Position numbers and translations under genes: made by a program. Source: Proteromonas lacertae (Eukaryota). From it: DNA of 64,000 bases. The notes beneath the pieces are model-generated. The model made no database searches, was not told the origin of the DNA, and saw only the letters and a list, made by a program, of their open reading frames with translations. This document shows, in pieces, positions 1-13,335 of this stretch (its first letter is position 1; each line of letters opens with the position of its first letter). The stretch spans positions 310,001 to 374,000 of the forward strand of contig NGBS01000584.1 in the NCBI GenBank assembly GCA_002245135.1. The letters are read 5' to 3'.

Positions 1-518
1 GAATAAGAATGTTGATGAGAATTATGTAAAGATAAAACAGAAAGAAAATGAGTTGAATCAAATATGGAATAAGAAAATAGAAGAAGTGAAAGTGAAAGAA
101 AAAGAGATTGATAAAGTGTATTATCAATTCAAGAATATCTCTGTATATTTTAATCACTTATTTATATATTAATAGTCAACTAACCAATCATATGATTCAA
201 AGACGTTAAACCTAGAATTAGATCAACTGACGGAAAATACACAAAAGATAAATCAAAAGAAAAAAGAGATTTCTGATAATATAAAAACTTGCACTGAACA
301 ATTGAAGAGTTTAGATGAGAATTTAGCTAGTTTCAATGAAGAATTTGTTCAAATAAAAAAGAATTTACAATACAGAGATTGTCTTCATAAAGCTGATGAT
401 ATTAGAAGTAAAATTAACAAAATCAATGAATCTTTACCAAAATCAATATCAGTTGATAATTATTCAGAACAAATACAGAATATGAGGAATGAAATTGATG
501 AAATACAAAAAATGTATT

Positions 519-571
<53 letters not shown>

Positions 572-1345
572 TAAGTGAAAAACGTGGAAGTATCAGTGCA
601 ATTCAAAGAAAAATAGATGAAAACAACAAAAAGCTTAAAGATTCAAGATATAAGAACATTGAAGATAGATTGTGTGATTTATTAATAAAGAAAGATACTT
701 GTCGAATGACAATTGAAGATGTTGAAATTACTATGAAAACTATCAATGATGCATTAATCGAATATCACACTCGCAAAATATTAGAAATAAATGAAAGAAT
801 CAGTGAATTATGGAAACAGACTTATAGCGGTGAAGATATAGATACAATTCGAATTGTAGCAGAAGCGACTAATGCAAGCGGTAGAAGTACTAAGAATTAT
901 AATTATCATATTGAAATGGAAAAATGTGGTACAACTATGCCAATGAGAGGTAGATGTTCAGCTGGTCAGAAAATGTTAGGTTCTATTGTAATTAGATTGG
1001 CCTTAGCAGAAGCATTTTCATTAGAATGTGGTGTAATGGTGTTGGATGAACCTACTACTTCACTTGATTATGCCAATAAGGTATATTTTAATTAATTTCA
1101 TTATTTATGAATAGCAAGCTGTTGCTCAAGCTTTGATTGATTTAGTCAAGACTAGAAGAGAGCAAAGTAACTTCCAATTGATTTGTATTACTCACGATGA
1201 TGAATTTGGAAGAACATTACTAAGAGATCCAAATGTAGGTAGATTAACTGATGGTAAATACTATAGAATATGTAGAGAAGCTGTTCCTGATAGACCAGAG
1301 TATTTCATTAGTTCAATTGTTTCACAAACTGATGATTCTTATTAA
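1..1345 (+). CDS. RAD50: DNA repair protein RAD50, 3' part (5' end outside window), multi-exon
   Basis: Coiled-coil exons followed by MRGRCSAGQK signature, LALAEAF, LDEPTT Walker B/D-loop and ITHD H-loop. GT-AG introns at ~144-175, 514-569 and 1081-1114 join the ORFs in frame. Confidence 0.95.
522..562. repeat. (TA)n microsatellite inside a RAD50 intron
   Basis: About 20 TA units seen directly; it lengthens this intron to 56 nt. Confidence 0.95.
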
Positions 1346-1438
1346 TTTTTTCATAAATATTCATTACAGATATATGTTTTTTATAAAAATATTTATTTTA
1401 CAACACATATCAGGATTAAATAATTACATAAATACTAA

Positions 1439-1651
1439 TTAAAGTGAAGGAAGTGGTTGGATCTGATATTTCCATGAATCATTATCTAATTCACATATCT
1501 TATTTTCAATTGACTTTTCTATACTCTTATTTGTATTGACTAAACTACTTTGTTTAGATATCGGTAAATATTTAACTAATGATAGGAATTTATCTTCTGA
1601 TATGTTCTCTTTATTCCTATAAAAATCAAAATAATCTCAAAATCTATACAT
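1439..1651 (-). CDS. 59-aa small protein, two exons, possible APC16-like C-terminal motif
   Basis: AT|33-nt GTATAG...TTTATAG intron (1617-1649)|G gives MNKENISEDKFLSLVKYLP...IENKICELDNDSWKYQIQPLPSL*. Not in the ORF track. Confidence 0.6.
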
Positions 1652-1807
1652 TTTCTAGTGAATTTTTGAATTTTTAAATGTGACAAAGTATTGACATTGT
1701 CAATGTCACAAAAATGTAAAACAAAATATCTCATCAGCCAAGTAGAGTCAACCCATTATTGTATTTTATTATACAAAAATACAGTTCTATTCAACAATAA
1801 CCATCAT

Positions 1808-4800
1808 TTAAAAATAAGTATTTCTTATCTCACAAGCTTCTCCTTCAAAACCTTCAAAACATTCACATTGACCAGTATTATAGTTACATAATCCTCTCCC
1901 ACTGCAATCTCTTTGTTCTCCATTGTCATCGTCTGGATTCAGCGGATCTTTTGCAGACGGACATTCCAACAAACTACAATCACTTCCTCTATGTCTTTTA
2001 TCACACAAACAACCATATATTCTATCAGATACAACTATCTTTGTATCATCATAATCACTATCTCCATTAAACGGTATAGAGTAAATATTACCATATCCTT
2101 GATATCTACTCAACTCACTTGGATTTTTCAATAATTCCTTCAACGAAACACATCTTCCATTACCATTGCAATTATTTGGACAACTAATTCTTTCACAAGC
2201 TGAACCTTCAAATCCATCATAACATTTACATAAGCCAGTTAATCTATCACAACTACCAGCACCACTACATTCAATCTCTTTATGTGGTTCATATTTATCA
2301 TCACCATCCTCATTATTGCCATTATTATTTCCACTACTTCCAGATTTTGAACCAAAAATAACAACTAATTGTCTATTTGTGAATTGATTAACATCAACAC
2401 TCTTAGATATTTTAACCATCAAACTATCTCTTATATTTGGATTAGATTCTATAACTTTTCCTTCACCAAATAACAGTCTTGGACCACCAGTACATTCACC
2501 AACATCATTTTCATTGGATGTTCCTAATAACGATAATATTTGAACTGAAACTCTATTAGTTGGACTTTCTACTGTTGTTAATGTTAACCACTTTCCAATT
2601 ACAATATATGAATTCCAAACATCTCTATATTCTTCAGGCAATGGTAATATTAATACTGAATCTGATAACTTTGATTTTATACAATTTGTTATATCTTGTG
2701 AATACTGAATTATTGGATTGTTTAAAAAACTATTGGATTTTGAATTATCAGAATTTTCACTCTCTTTTTTAGTTGTTGTTTCTTCTATCATTTTCACACA
2801 GTAATTTGTATTTTCATTCATTTGACATATTCCTATTTGACATTTATTTGGTTCAATACAAATAGCATTTCTTCCATAATCAGAATCACCTAATTCTATC
2901 TTCTTTCCTTCCATTGTTGATAATAAGTGACATGTGAAATTAATGGGTAATTCTGGTGAATTATCATACACTCTTTCAACAAAATCAAACTCTACATCTT
3001 TCACATTAGTTGTCTTTCTAATCAGTTTGAATCTATAATGATAAATATCTTTATCATCTTGACAAGCAAAAGTGTAAGTATCATTGTTATTCACATCATA
3101 AAATCCTTTGTCATTTAATAATTCATACAATCCACTCATTTTCAATACACAATCATATTTCTTCAACTTTTTATTATAATAACAATTCTCGTTTGTCAAT
3201 CTATCAATTGGTATATTTGATAAATCATTAAATGGGTTATTAATCTCAATAATAATATCATCTAAACTTCTACTACCAAACTCAAAGTTAAATTGAATAA
3301 TCAAATTACCTTTTGAATCTTTACTATACAATATTCCACTTCCTAAATATTCATTCGTTTCAATATCACTGCATTCAATTATTCCACTAGTTGCTGATAC
3401 ATCAGCTCTAATTATGATATTAATTGCTTCAATTGCTGAAATTTTCATTGGTTTAGAATCATATGTTTGTATTGCTCCTTGCTGTTTATTCTTATAATAT
3501 AACCATTTATTTGAACTTGATTTTTTATATATCAAATTATTCAATTTCAAATCACTTTGTGAAACTGGTATATTTTCACCTTTTATATTTGTCATTAAAT
3601 GACAAACTGTTCCATACGCTAATCTTACACCATTCAATAATCGAAATATTGCATCAACTGTACCAGTTATTTCAGCTTCATATTCTGTAACAATTTCACC
3701 TTCATCTTCATTAGAATTTGTATCTGTATTATTATTTATCTTTACATTATAATGTTTATCATCATATTCAAATATTCTGGTAATATTATATTGCATCTTT
3801 GGTAGATGACACAACAATTTCTTCTTTCCAGTAATATCAAATCCCATTGATACTAATACAGGTAACATTACTTTATAATTCAATTCAGTACATCCATTAT
3901 TATCATATATATTATCACATTTTAATTCATATAAAGACATATCATTATATTGGACTGTTTTCATACAATGATAATTCCTTGGTGAAGGTATTTCCTTTAA
4001 ATGAGGGTATTGAATATAATATTCATTGTTATTGTTATTATTTGCAACAATTCCTAATATGTGACTTTTAATAATATGATGACTATCATCATAACATAAC
4101 ATCTCACCTCCTGGTTTATGAATATTATAGTTATACTCATCAATGCCAATTACATCATATATCATATCACTGTATTTTGTTAAATGAGTCTTTTCTTCTG
4201 GTTCTGCTAATATTAAATAACTCAACGTGTATGGATTGTTTCCTTCGATATGAAAATGTAGATGTAAATCACTTGTCAATATTTTATAAGATTCTTCTTC
4301 TTCATTATCATCACCTCCTTCCATATTTGACCCAATTGGTTTTCCATTCACATAGGAGAGTAAGAAACAAATAGCATTATTTCTCGGACCAGCTGAAGTA
4401 GTGAATTTAATATCACCTAAATTATGAATGTTGAATGAATCAATTACTTCACTATTGATTGATTTAGCCAATGTAAATGTATAAGTTGTGTAAATGATGT
4501 TATTATTTATATTTACATTGTTGTTATTCTCTCCACCACCACATAAGAAGATGTACTTATCTTCAATATGATCAAAGAAATGTAATTCTTTAAGGAAATA
4601 TCCAACATTACTCCACATGATTGTTTTATCAATACTTGAATATCTAGAATCAATAAGATTGATATTAAACAATGATAAATCTTTAAACTTATGAATTATA
4701 TTACATTTCATTCTGCTTGGATTATCAGTAAGATTTGGTAACATGAAATTGTAACGAATATAATACTCATTAGTTTTCTGGTTCTTCATATAGATTTGAC

Positions 4801-7509
4801 CTTTTCCTAAATAATTATTCTCTATCTTATCAAAACAATCTATTTCACCACCAGTTTTACCAATATCATAATGAATTCTATTGTAAGTATCATCTTCATT
4901 GATTTTAACTTTATATATTCCAACTCCATAATAACCATTTACTCTTATTTCTTCATATATTGTTTTATGTTTTAAGTAATACAACTTGTTATTATTATTA
5001 TCACTTGTAATATCATATTTCTTTGTTAAATCGCTATTTGTGATATTCTTTATTTTTGTCCCATTGAAATTGCTTAATATATAACATCTATCTCCTTTAT
5101 TCAACTGATAAGCAAAACTCATCAATTTGAATGTCAAATTGAATGGAATTGATTCATTAAATAATGATATTTCTTCATTACTGGTTGTTAGATTGAATTG
5201 ATAAACTTTCATTTCATCATTTTTATCTTTTGAAATACATCCAAACTCATAAGTTCTATTGTTATTCTCAAAATTCAAATAACCAATCATTTTCAAGTAA
5301 AATCCAACATCTTTAACAACCAATGCCATAGTTGTTGTATCTGTTATTTCAATTGGTGGGATATATAATGTTAAATCATTATGAACTGAGACTAACTCAC
5401 ATCTTGTATTGTTTGGTGTAGGTTTGACTTTTGAATAAGTTGAATTTGGATATAAAATGTAAGTATATTTATTACTATCACCACTTTGAAACAATATATT
5501 AACATCTCCAATGTAATCATTTGTATCTTTCATATAACATTCCAATATTCCACCATTGAACTTATTTCTATTCTTGATGTTATTCAAATAAGAATAACAA
5601 CCAATCACTTTATAAATATTCGAATATAAATGTTCATATAATGGGAAATATTTGTAATAAATATATCTTTCAACCATTTCCGTTGGTACTAAATGATCTT
5701 TATATAAATCAGTATCTTCCAACTTCAATCTTCTCATTTTAGAGTCAATTAACGGATGGCATTCTTTACCAACTGGACCTCCACTATTTGGATTTAATAG
5801 AAGTGATTCAAATATTAAATCATCAGGTGGTTCACACCAATTCAATCTTGGTAATTCATATGGATATATTTCAACATTGTATTGATTATTATTATTATTA
5901 TTAATGGATATCAAATCAATACATGCGAAATATATAACAGTATTATCGAAATTATACCCTATAAATGATTCAGACGAGAAAGATGAAGATGATCTTTCAG
6001 TCATTGGTAATGCCAATTGAAAAATTGGATAAATTCCATACCATATGATTGGACACATATAAGCGCTTTCACAGGATGTAATTTGAGTTGGATAATACAA
6101 TGATAAATCAGAATATAGTCGTTTCATATAACAAAACTGTAAACTTGGTACAATTCCTTTTATTTTCTTATATTTCTTTGGACTAACTTTAACAGTTGTT
6201 GTTGTTGTACTTATATCAAAATCATATAATATGTAATAATAAATAGAATCACGTGGATCTGCTTTTCCCATCAAATAGGATGGTTGTGGATATAAACTAC
6301 CTCTTATAAAGCATAGTAATTCTCCAATATCTTTAATAGGTTCTTCTCTATTCATATAATTAACAGTTGTATCTCCTTCATTGTATTTATCAGGTTTTGG
6401 GTTTATATATATATCAGGAATTACATATATATCTTGATGATCAAATAATAAATTTCTATCTGTAAATTTCTGAGTAATTACAGTTTGATATACTCTGGTA
6501 AAATCACTCAAATGTGTCATTTCATTTATATATTCACCATCTTTATTCATATACAAATAACACATTACATTTGATATATCTTCTATCTTATATTTTATTT
6601 CGAATTCTATTTTCACATCTTTTGGATCATACACTGATATTCTTGTACTTTCACTTATATTAAAAGTATATACAAATGGTGAATCATCTATTTCAGTATT
6701 GTTGTTCTTAAACATACATGCTATTTTCCCTGTATTTAGATTATTGTTATTAATAATTAACTTCTGTAATACAAAGTCCATATTTTTCCATATTACATAA
6801 TAATGATATAATGACATATCATTCTTATAATAGAAATAATTTCTTGGTAATAATGTCACATCTTCTTCTTCGTATATTGGTTGTTGTGGGTTAATTAATG
6901 AATAATCTGTAAATAAGAATGTTAAATGACATAAGAATTCAGTAGGATTTGTGTCATTATATATAGGGAAATCAAATAGTACATAATTTTCATTTGGTTT
7001 TTCATAATTATAATCTACAACTCTTCCTCTTCCAATTAGAGTTTTATTTGATTTGTAATAGCATTCTATTTCACTTCCTAAGGATGTATTTCCAAAACTG
7101 TATGGTATTTCTGTTGTAATGTTATAAATATTTGTGTTTCTGATTCTATTTGCTGAAATTATTTCTGGATTTGGTGAATCAGTTTGTTTAATGTATGATT
7201 TTTCTTTTTTTGACTTTAAATTTCTTGATATTGATGTGGATATATCATTTATAGTGTTAGTTTTTTTGTTTTGTACTTCATTTATTGCTCCAAAACTTAA
7301 ACCTGATGGACATGCTCCTAAACAATACATTCGATATGAAAAATACTCTGTGAACAATCTGCACCATACCAGTCTCTAGAATTCTTATATAAAAGACTAT
7401 CACACTCACAATACTGGTTGTCTATACATTTACCATGCCCACTACAATTATTTGGACATAATGATAGCACTGAAACACAAATAATACATATAAAGACTGT
7501 TAAAAACAT
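1808..7509 (-). CDS. Secreted EGF-repeat protein of the stramenopile mastigoneme/Sig1 type with a large repeat insert (~1,890 aa)
   Basis: Signal peptide, then CPNNCSGHGKC...WYGADCSQ|RACPSG (29-nt intron 7318-7346). C-terminal HKEIECSGAGSCDRLTGLCKC, CPNNCNGNGRC, GCLCD..GSDCSLLECP..KDPL and CSGRGLCNYNTGQCEC motifs. Confidence 0.8.
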
Positions 7510-7630
7510 TAAAACAAGAAAAACATGAATGAAAAGATCAAATCGTAATTCAAGCTTTTCTCATATTTCATTATTTTCTCTGAATTAACTTCAGAAAAAC
7601 ATAATTATATTACTAAATCTAATAATTATA

Positions 7631-8611
7631 TTACTTTAAAGATTTTATTTTTTTCCTTCTTTCATACATCTGCAATAAACTCTGTGGCAAACCACTCTTC
7701 CTTTTCATTTGCTTTTCTTTCCTATTCTTCTCTATTAATTTATCTCTAACTTTATCACTTTTCTTATCTTCACCTAATCTATAAGGACTAGCAGGTATAT
7801 CACATAAATCTTTTAAACTATTATCTAACAACAATGGAGTACTTTCTATTTCACCCCAAGTCATAATTTCTTCAGTATTACCATCATTATCTTCAGTATT
7901 GAGTGGAGTTGATAGTAAATCATATTTCTGTGATTTTGAATATGATTTTGAAGTAGATGTGTTAGATCCAAAAACAGAACTTGATAGATTTGTGTTATTC
8001 GACAAAATATTGTTATTCTTCTTCATCCTCACTCTTGTATTTTCAATATGTATTTCTGGTGTTGTATTTTCAGCAATATTCTTAATCATCAGATTCACTG
8101 GCTCTGGACCATTCTGAATCATCTTTAAATCTTTCTCATTAATCCAAAAAAACTTCTTGTGATGGTCTTTCACATCTTTATCATGTAAATCATTGAATAA
8201 TTGGTCATCTTCACTTGTATATGTTGCTAAAAATGATGATATTGTATGACCTTCAGTTAAATCCTTTGTTGTTTCTTTTTCTGTTGTATATTCAGTGTTA
8301 GAGAGTGGAAATGGTGATGGTAGTGGTGTAGTACCTACTTTTAGTGGTGTTGCACCTGGAGTCTGCTTTCTTTGTATACTATTCAGTCTTTCTTTAATTG
8401 TGTGAGCTTTATCTACATCTCCTTTTTCCAAAGCTTCCATATACTAATTTTAATATAATTTAAATCATAATACATCTAATTGAGCTTTATATTTCTCAGA
8501 ATCAGGATAGTATATTCTTCTAGTCAATCTGGTTAGATTTTCTTGAAAAGTATCCTCATCTAAGACTATTTTCTTCTTAGGTTTGGGCGGTGGCATTAAT
8601 TCATTCGACAT
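7631..8611 (-). CDS. ESS2: Splicing factor ESS2/DGCR14 (Es2) homolog
   Basis: Exon 1 MSNELMPPPKPKKKIVLDEDTF...RIYYPD, 30-nt intron 8444-8473, then FLATYTSEDD, ENTR and MTWGEIESTPLLL motifs. Confidence 0.9.
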
Positions 8612-9048
8612 TTTGAGAAAAAATGAAAAAAGAAGTTTGAAAAAGCTTGATCAAATATTTTATCATTTATGAGATATTATACACATGTATTATTTTCATA
8701 CTTTTTTAGATCTACAATATAATCCATATAGAATATAAACTAAATCATATTGTAATTAATCTTGAAAATCTTCTTTGTTTTGATCAAATTACAGTTAATA
8801 TGAGTGAAATATAGTGTAATAGACCATTTTCTCACTTTTTCTTTATGAGCACATTGCTTATGAACAAAAATGAGTGTAAAGTCTATTCAATATAAACTCC
8901 ACCAAACGAAGCACTATGCAATTCATCATAAAAACTACATCCATAAACTGTCCAACCAACAACCTTCATTTCATAATCATTTTGACCAAATCTCACAAGC
9001 TAAATCGTCATTGCATTATTCCATTTTTCTATTTGATTTTCTTGCCAA

Positions 9049-10001
9049 TATGTCTGGAACAAAGAATCCTACTTGGGTATAAACTAGATAATTCACTTCC
9101 TTTAGACTAAATTCGTATTTGGAGGCTTAGCTGGTTGTTGTGCTACTTCATGTATTCAACCAATTGATTTAGTCAAGACAAGACTTCAATTAGCGTATGA
9201 TTCTCTCATTTATTTAATCATAGCGGACAAGCTGGTGAAGAGAAGCTATACAAGAATGGTTTTGATGCTTTGATCAAAATTGCCAAGAAAGATGGTTTCT
9301 TTGGTTTATATCAAGGTTACACTGGTGCTATATTGAGACAAGTCATGTACACAACCACCCGTTTAGGTGCTTTCAATACAGCTCAAGGATTTAGAGAAAA
9401 GCAATTAGCAGCTAAAGGAAAGAAATTAGGTGTTGTTGACAGATTGGTAATTGGTTTACTTGCTGGTGGTATTGGTGCTTGTGTTGGTAACCCAGCTGAA
9501 GTAGTATTAGTTCGTATGACCACTGATGGTAGATTACCACCAGAGCAAAGAAGAAACTACCGTAATGCATTTGTAGCACTTGCTAGAATCACAAGAGAAG
9601 AAGGATTCTGGGCATTATTCAAGGGAGTTGACGCTACAATCTGCAGAGCTATGGCATTAAACTGTGCTCAATTAGGTATGTATTCACAAGCTAAATCATT
9701 TTTCTCAAAATATATAAAGGGTGATTTTACTACTTACTTATGTGCTAGTTTAGTTAGTGGTTTTATGTGTTCAGCAGCATCATTACCATTCGATATTGTT
9801 AAAACAAGAGTACAAAATGCAAAGCCAGGAACTTACAAAGGTGCATTGGATTGTGCTGTTCAATTAGCTAAGAATGAAGGTGTATTGATGTTCTGGAGAG
9901 GTTTTGTTACATATTTCTGTCGTATTGCTCCACATACAATCTTGACATTCTTGTTCCTTGAACAAATTAATAAAATTTATGAAATGATCAAGAAACATTA
10001 A
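9049..10001 (+). CDS. Mitochondrial carrier, 2-oxoglutarate/malate or dicarboxylate type (SLC25A11-like)
   Basis: Two ~29-nt introns give MSGTKNPTWTKFVFGGLAG...QPIDLVKTRLQ. PxE/DxxKxR carrier motifs, RQVMYTTTRLG and RIAPHT. Confidence 0.92.
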
Positions 10002-10125
10002 ATATTATAATCACGTCTATTACTATTTTTATATATGTTATGTTATTTGGGGGTTTATTTAAATTAAATTCACATATAAAAGAAAGATTATTCTTAAGAA
10101 AGTGTGACTAAAGTAAATTCTTAGT

Positions 10126-13100
10126 TTAATTAGATGTTTTTACTGAGGCTGATGGTGCTGGTGCTGTTTGCTTCTTCTTTGGTGATGTTAATACCTTACT
10201 GAAATGTCCAATTTGACAACATAAGAAACCAATTACAACAATACCAATGAATCCAAACACGCAGGCTAATACTATTGCAGCTATTGTTGCTGAGTCATAA
10301 TCATTTCCACTACTCTTCTTTCTATAACCACTTACTTGTTGGAATCCTGTGTTGGTAACTTTAACATATGTATATCTTTCATCTACATCTTTTACTGCTT
10401 GAGTTGGAGCATCATTCTTTAATACATTCTCTACAGCTGTTTTATCATCGGCTGCTTTTTGATTGGTTGAATTAACTATTAAAATAGCTGTGTTATCAGT
10501 CTCAGAATCATATAAAAATTGATTAACATTAATTCCACTCAATTCACTTACTTTAGTTCTGTATAAATTCTTAAATTGAACATCTTTAAATACCTTTTCA
10601 TCCGATTCTAATGTGAATTGTAAAAATACTTCACTAGAAGAGGGTCTTAATAAAATGCCTGGATCTGTACAACTAGAAACTTCAAGACTCCATTCACCAT
10701 TTCCATTACAAGTTCTATTCATTTCACCATCATATTTATCAAAGCAAGGTAATGTTACAAGTGTATTAACTGTTGAAGCAGGCCAATATCCATCAGCTTT
10801 ACAACCATAAGAGGAATATATAAATACATATTCTAATTTAGTCTCTTTGAATGTTGCTTCAATTGTTACATTACCTGATAATATTGTAGTTAAAGTTCCT
10901 GATAATGTTCCATTAGAGAATAATGTTATTTCGAATGGTAATTTTCCTGATTTTACTATGTATGTTACTTGACTTAAATCATTTAGGCATGATTCAGTAT
11001 CAGGATTATCTATACAGGCTGGGAATTCAATTGCAGAATTAAGAATAAATGGATCATTTTGTATGAATTCAAATGAATGTCCTGAAGCAAATTCTACTGA
11101 TCCAATTTTATATGTGAAGTTTGTTGGTGGATAAGTTGGACGAATAATTCCATCGTCATCATTATCTAATATTCTAGATTTACTACCTTTCATTTTTTCA
11201 ATACTACCATTTATAATATTTTTAATAATATTTGTATATTCATCAAAATAATCATCATCACTTGTTTCATGATATGGATATACTCTCACAGTCATTCTAA
11301 CATCAATCTCTGATGATAAATCTCTCTTCACATTAATATCTGGCTTTATATATTCAAAAATAACATCTTCATTGTTTGGATTAACACTGTAAATTGAAGA
11401 AGTTAATAATTTCGTTCTTAATTCTATTATAACCTTTCTTCTCATATTATCAAATAGATTATCAAAACTATTTTCAGTATTTTTAAGAGTGAATCTTTTT
11501 CTAATATATGACATTTCTTTAGTTGCAACTAATGTGAAATTATTCTTACAATTACTCTTATCAATCTCAGACCATTTATTTTTATCTAAACAAGTTCTAT
11601 ATCTATATCCAACTGTACCATCAGCACATTCTATTCTAATTCTTTCATCAACCATTGCATTTGGCCAATCACCTTCTGCCTTACAATCACTCTCATTTTG
11701 AGTATTACTAACGACTATTGTCAATGTTGTTAATGGAATGTCTTTATTTTCATATCTATATTTAATAGTAATAATGTATGTATCTTTTGGTAAATCACCG
11801 ATAATTGATAAAACTCCTGATTTAGAATCAAATGAAATTGGAGGTAATGGTTTAGATGAGATTATTTCATCGCATTTACTATTTCCACTTTTCTTTTTAC
11901 AATCAACACTTAGTGAAGTTACTACTCCATTATATGATGGTAATATTGTCATTCTATCTTTAGATTTTATGTTATAAACACTCTTTGGATATTTGAAGTT
12001 AGTAATTTCTTCATTCTTTTCCTTGTCATAGAAATTATGCCATTTACCATCAATACTACAACAGGTTTGAGTATTTCCATAATTATAAAGGGGATTTCTT
12101 ACATTATTCAAACAAGTACCAGTTTTAGCTTTATCTAAATCTAAATATCTTTGACATATTACCTCTTTACAACTATACATTAAGAATTCTTTAATAGAAA
12201 TATCTTTATAGATTTTATCTCCATTTAATTGTGGTTGCATTACGATCTTATAATTTGTATATGATTTAGTATTATCAGGTAATCCAAATACTACTCTATC
12301 TACAGCATTATCTGATTTATATTCTATCATATGATTTTTACTATCTTTTCCTATTAGTTCATATTTACCATTACTATTCATTCCATATAATTCTATTGAT
12401 TTTGGAGATGATTCTTTTTTGTTTATATCAATTACATATCCAAAATGTGTTAATATTGTTGTTGGATTTCCTTCTAATGAGAATTCAATGAATGGTCTAT
12501 CAACTGGGAATTTGCTAGTTGGTTGAGTCCAAACATCATTCTCTTTATCTTTTTTTTCATTGAATGCCTTTTCAATTTCAGTAGATTCTGTTAAACCTGA
12601 ACTTGATATTAATGATAATTTTCTTGCAATATTCACACATTCACCTGCATATTTCACTGGTGAATCTGTTTTTCGTTTACTATTTCTCCATCATTATATC
12701 TTGTAATTGGATAAGTTTCATATTCAAATGTAATGCTTGGTCTGAAATTAGCTTCTTCATCATTATATTTGTGCAATTCTATACCAATTGTTACAATATA
12801 ATTTGTTCCAGTAACAATATCTTCTCCATCCTTAACTTGTTCATGTAAAGATTCTAAAATATCAGCTGGAATGATTATTGTTTTTTCAGTCATTTCTTTG
12901 TTTGTTCCACTAGCATATCCACCTTCACTATCTTCTTTCAAATATTGTCTGTAAATCTCTCTACCATTTGCATAAACCACAATTCCTGATTTGTACTTCA
13001 AATTTAAGGTTAATGTTGACATAGGTAAAATTTCTTTTTTTTCTTTAGTTAAATCGACCAAGCCAATATTTACTACGTAATTTGTTCTTGCATACAATGT

Positions 13101-13335
13101 GGTGTAATTTCCTCCAATAACTGTTCCATTCATTACCATAGTGTTCCAATACTTGATATTTTTATCAGGGAAATACCAGTTATTGATTGGTGAATCAGTA
13201 CTGTAATACCATCTTAGATTATTAAGTGATTGTGGATCAGTTTCACATTTGACTGGATTGAAGCAAAAGAAAAGCACCAACAGTGCTATGAAATAATATT
13301 GAAATGAATATACTAATATTAATGTAATTATGCAT
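10126..13335 (-). CDS. Type I membrane surface protein with putative Ig (He_PIG) and Cys/Trp hormone-receptor-like modules
   Basis: Spliced signal peptide MHNYINITLLVLFFCFNPVKC, two C.A[DE]G.WP...C...G.W..C modules, Ig-like repeats, C-terminal TM helix and short tail. A -1 frameshift near 12660-12675 (A5 run) separates the two ORFs. Confidence 0.75.

Noticed and set aside
12655..12675. Programmed -1 frameshift in the surface protein
   Set aside because: Most simply one A missing from an A5 run; no slippery heptamer or downstream structure seen.
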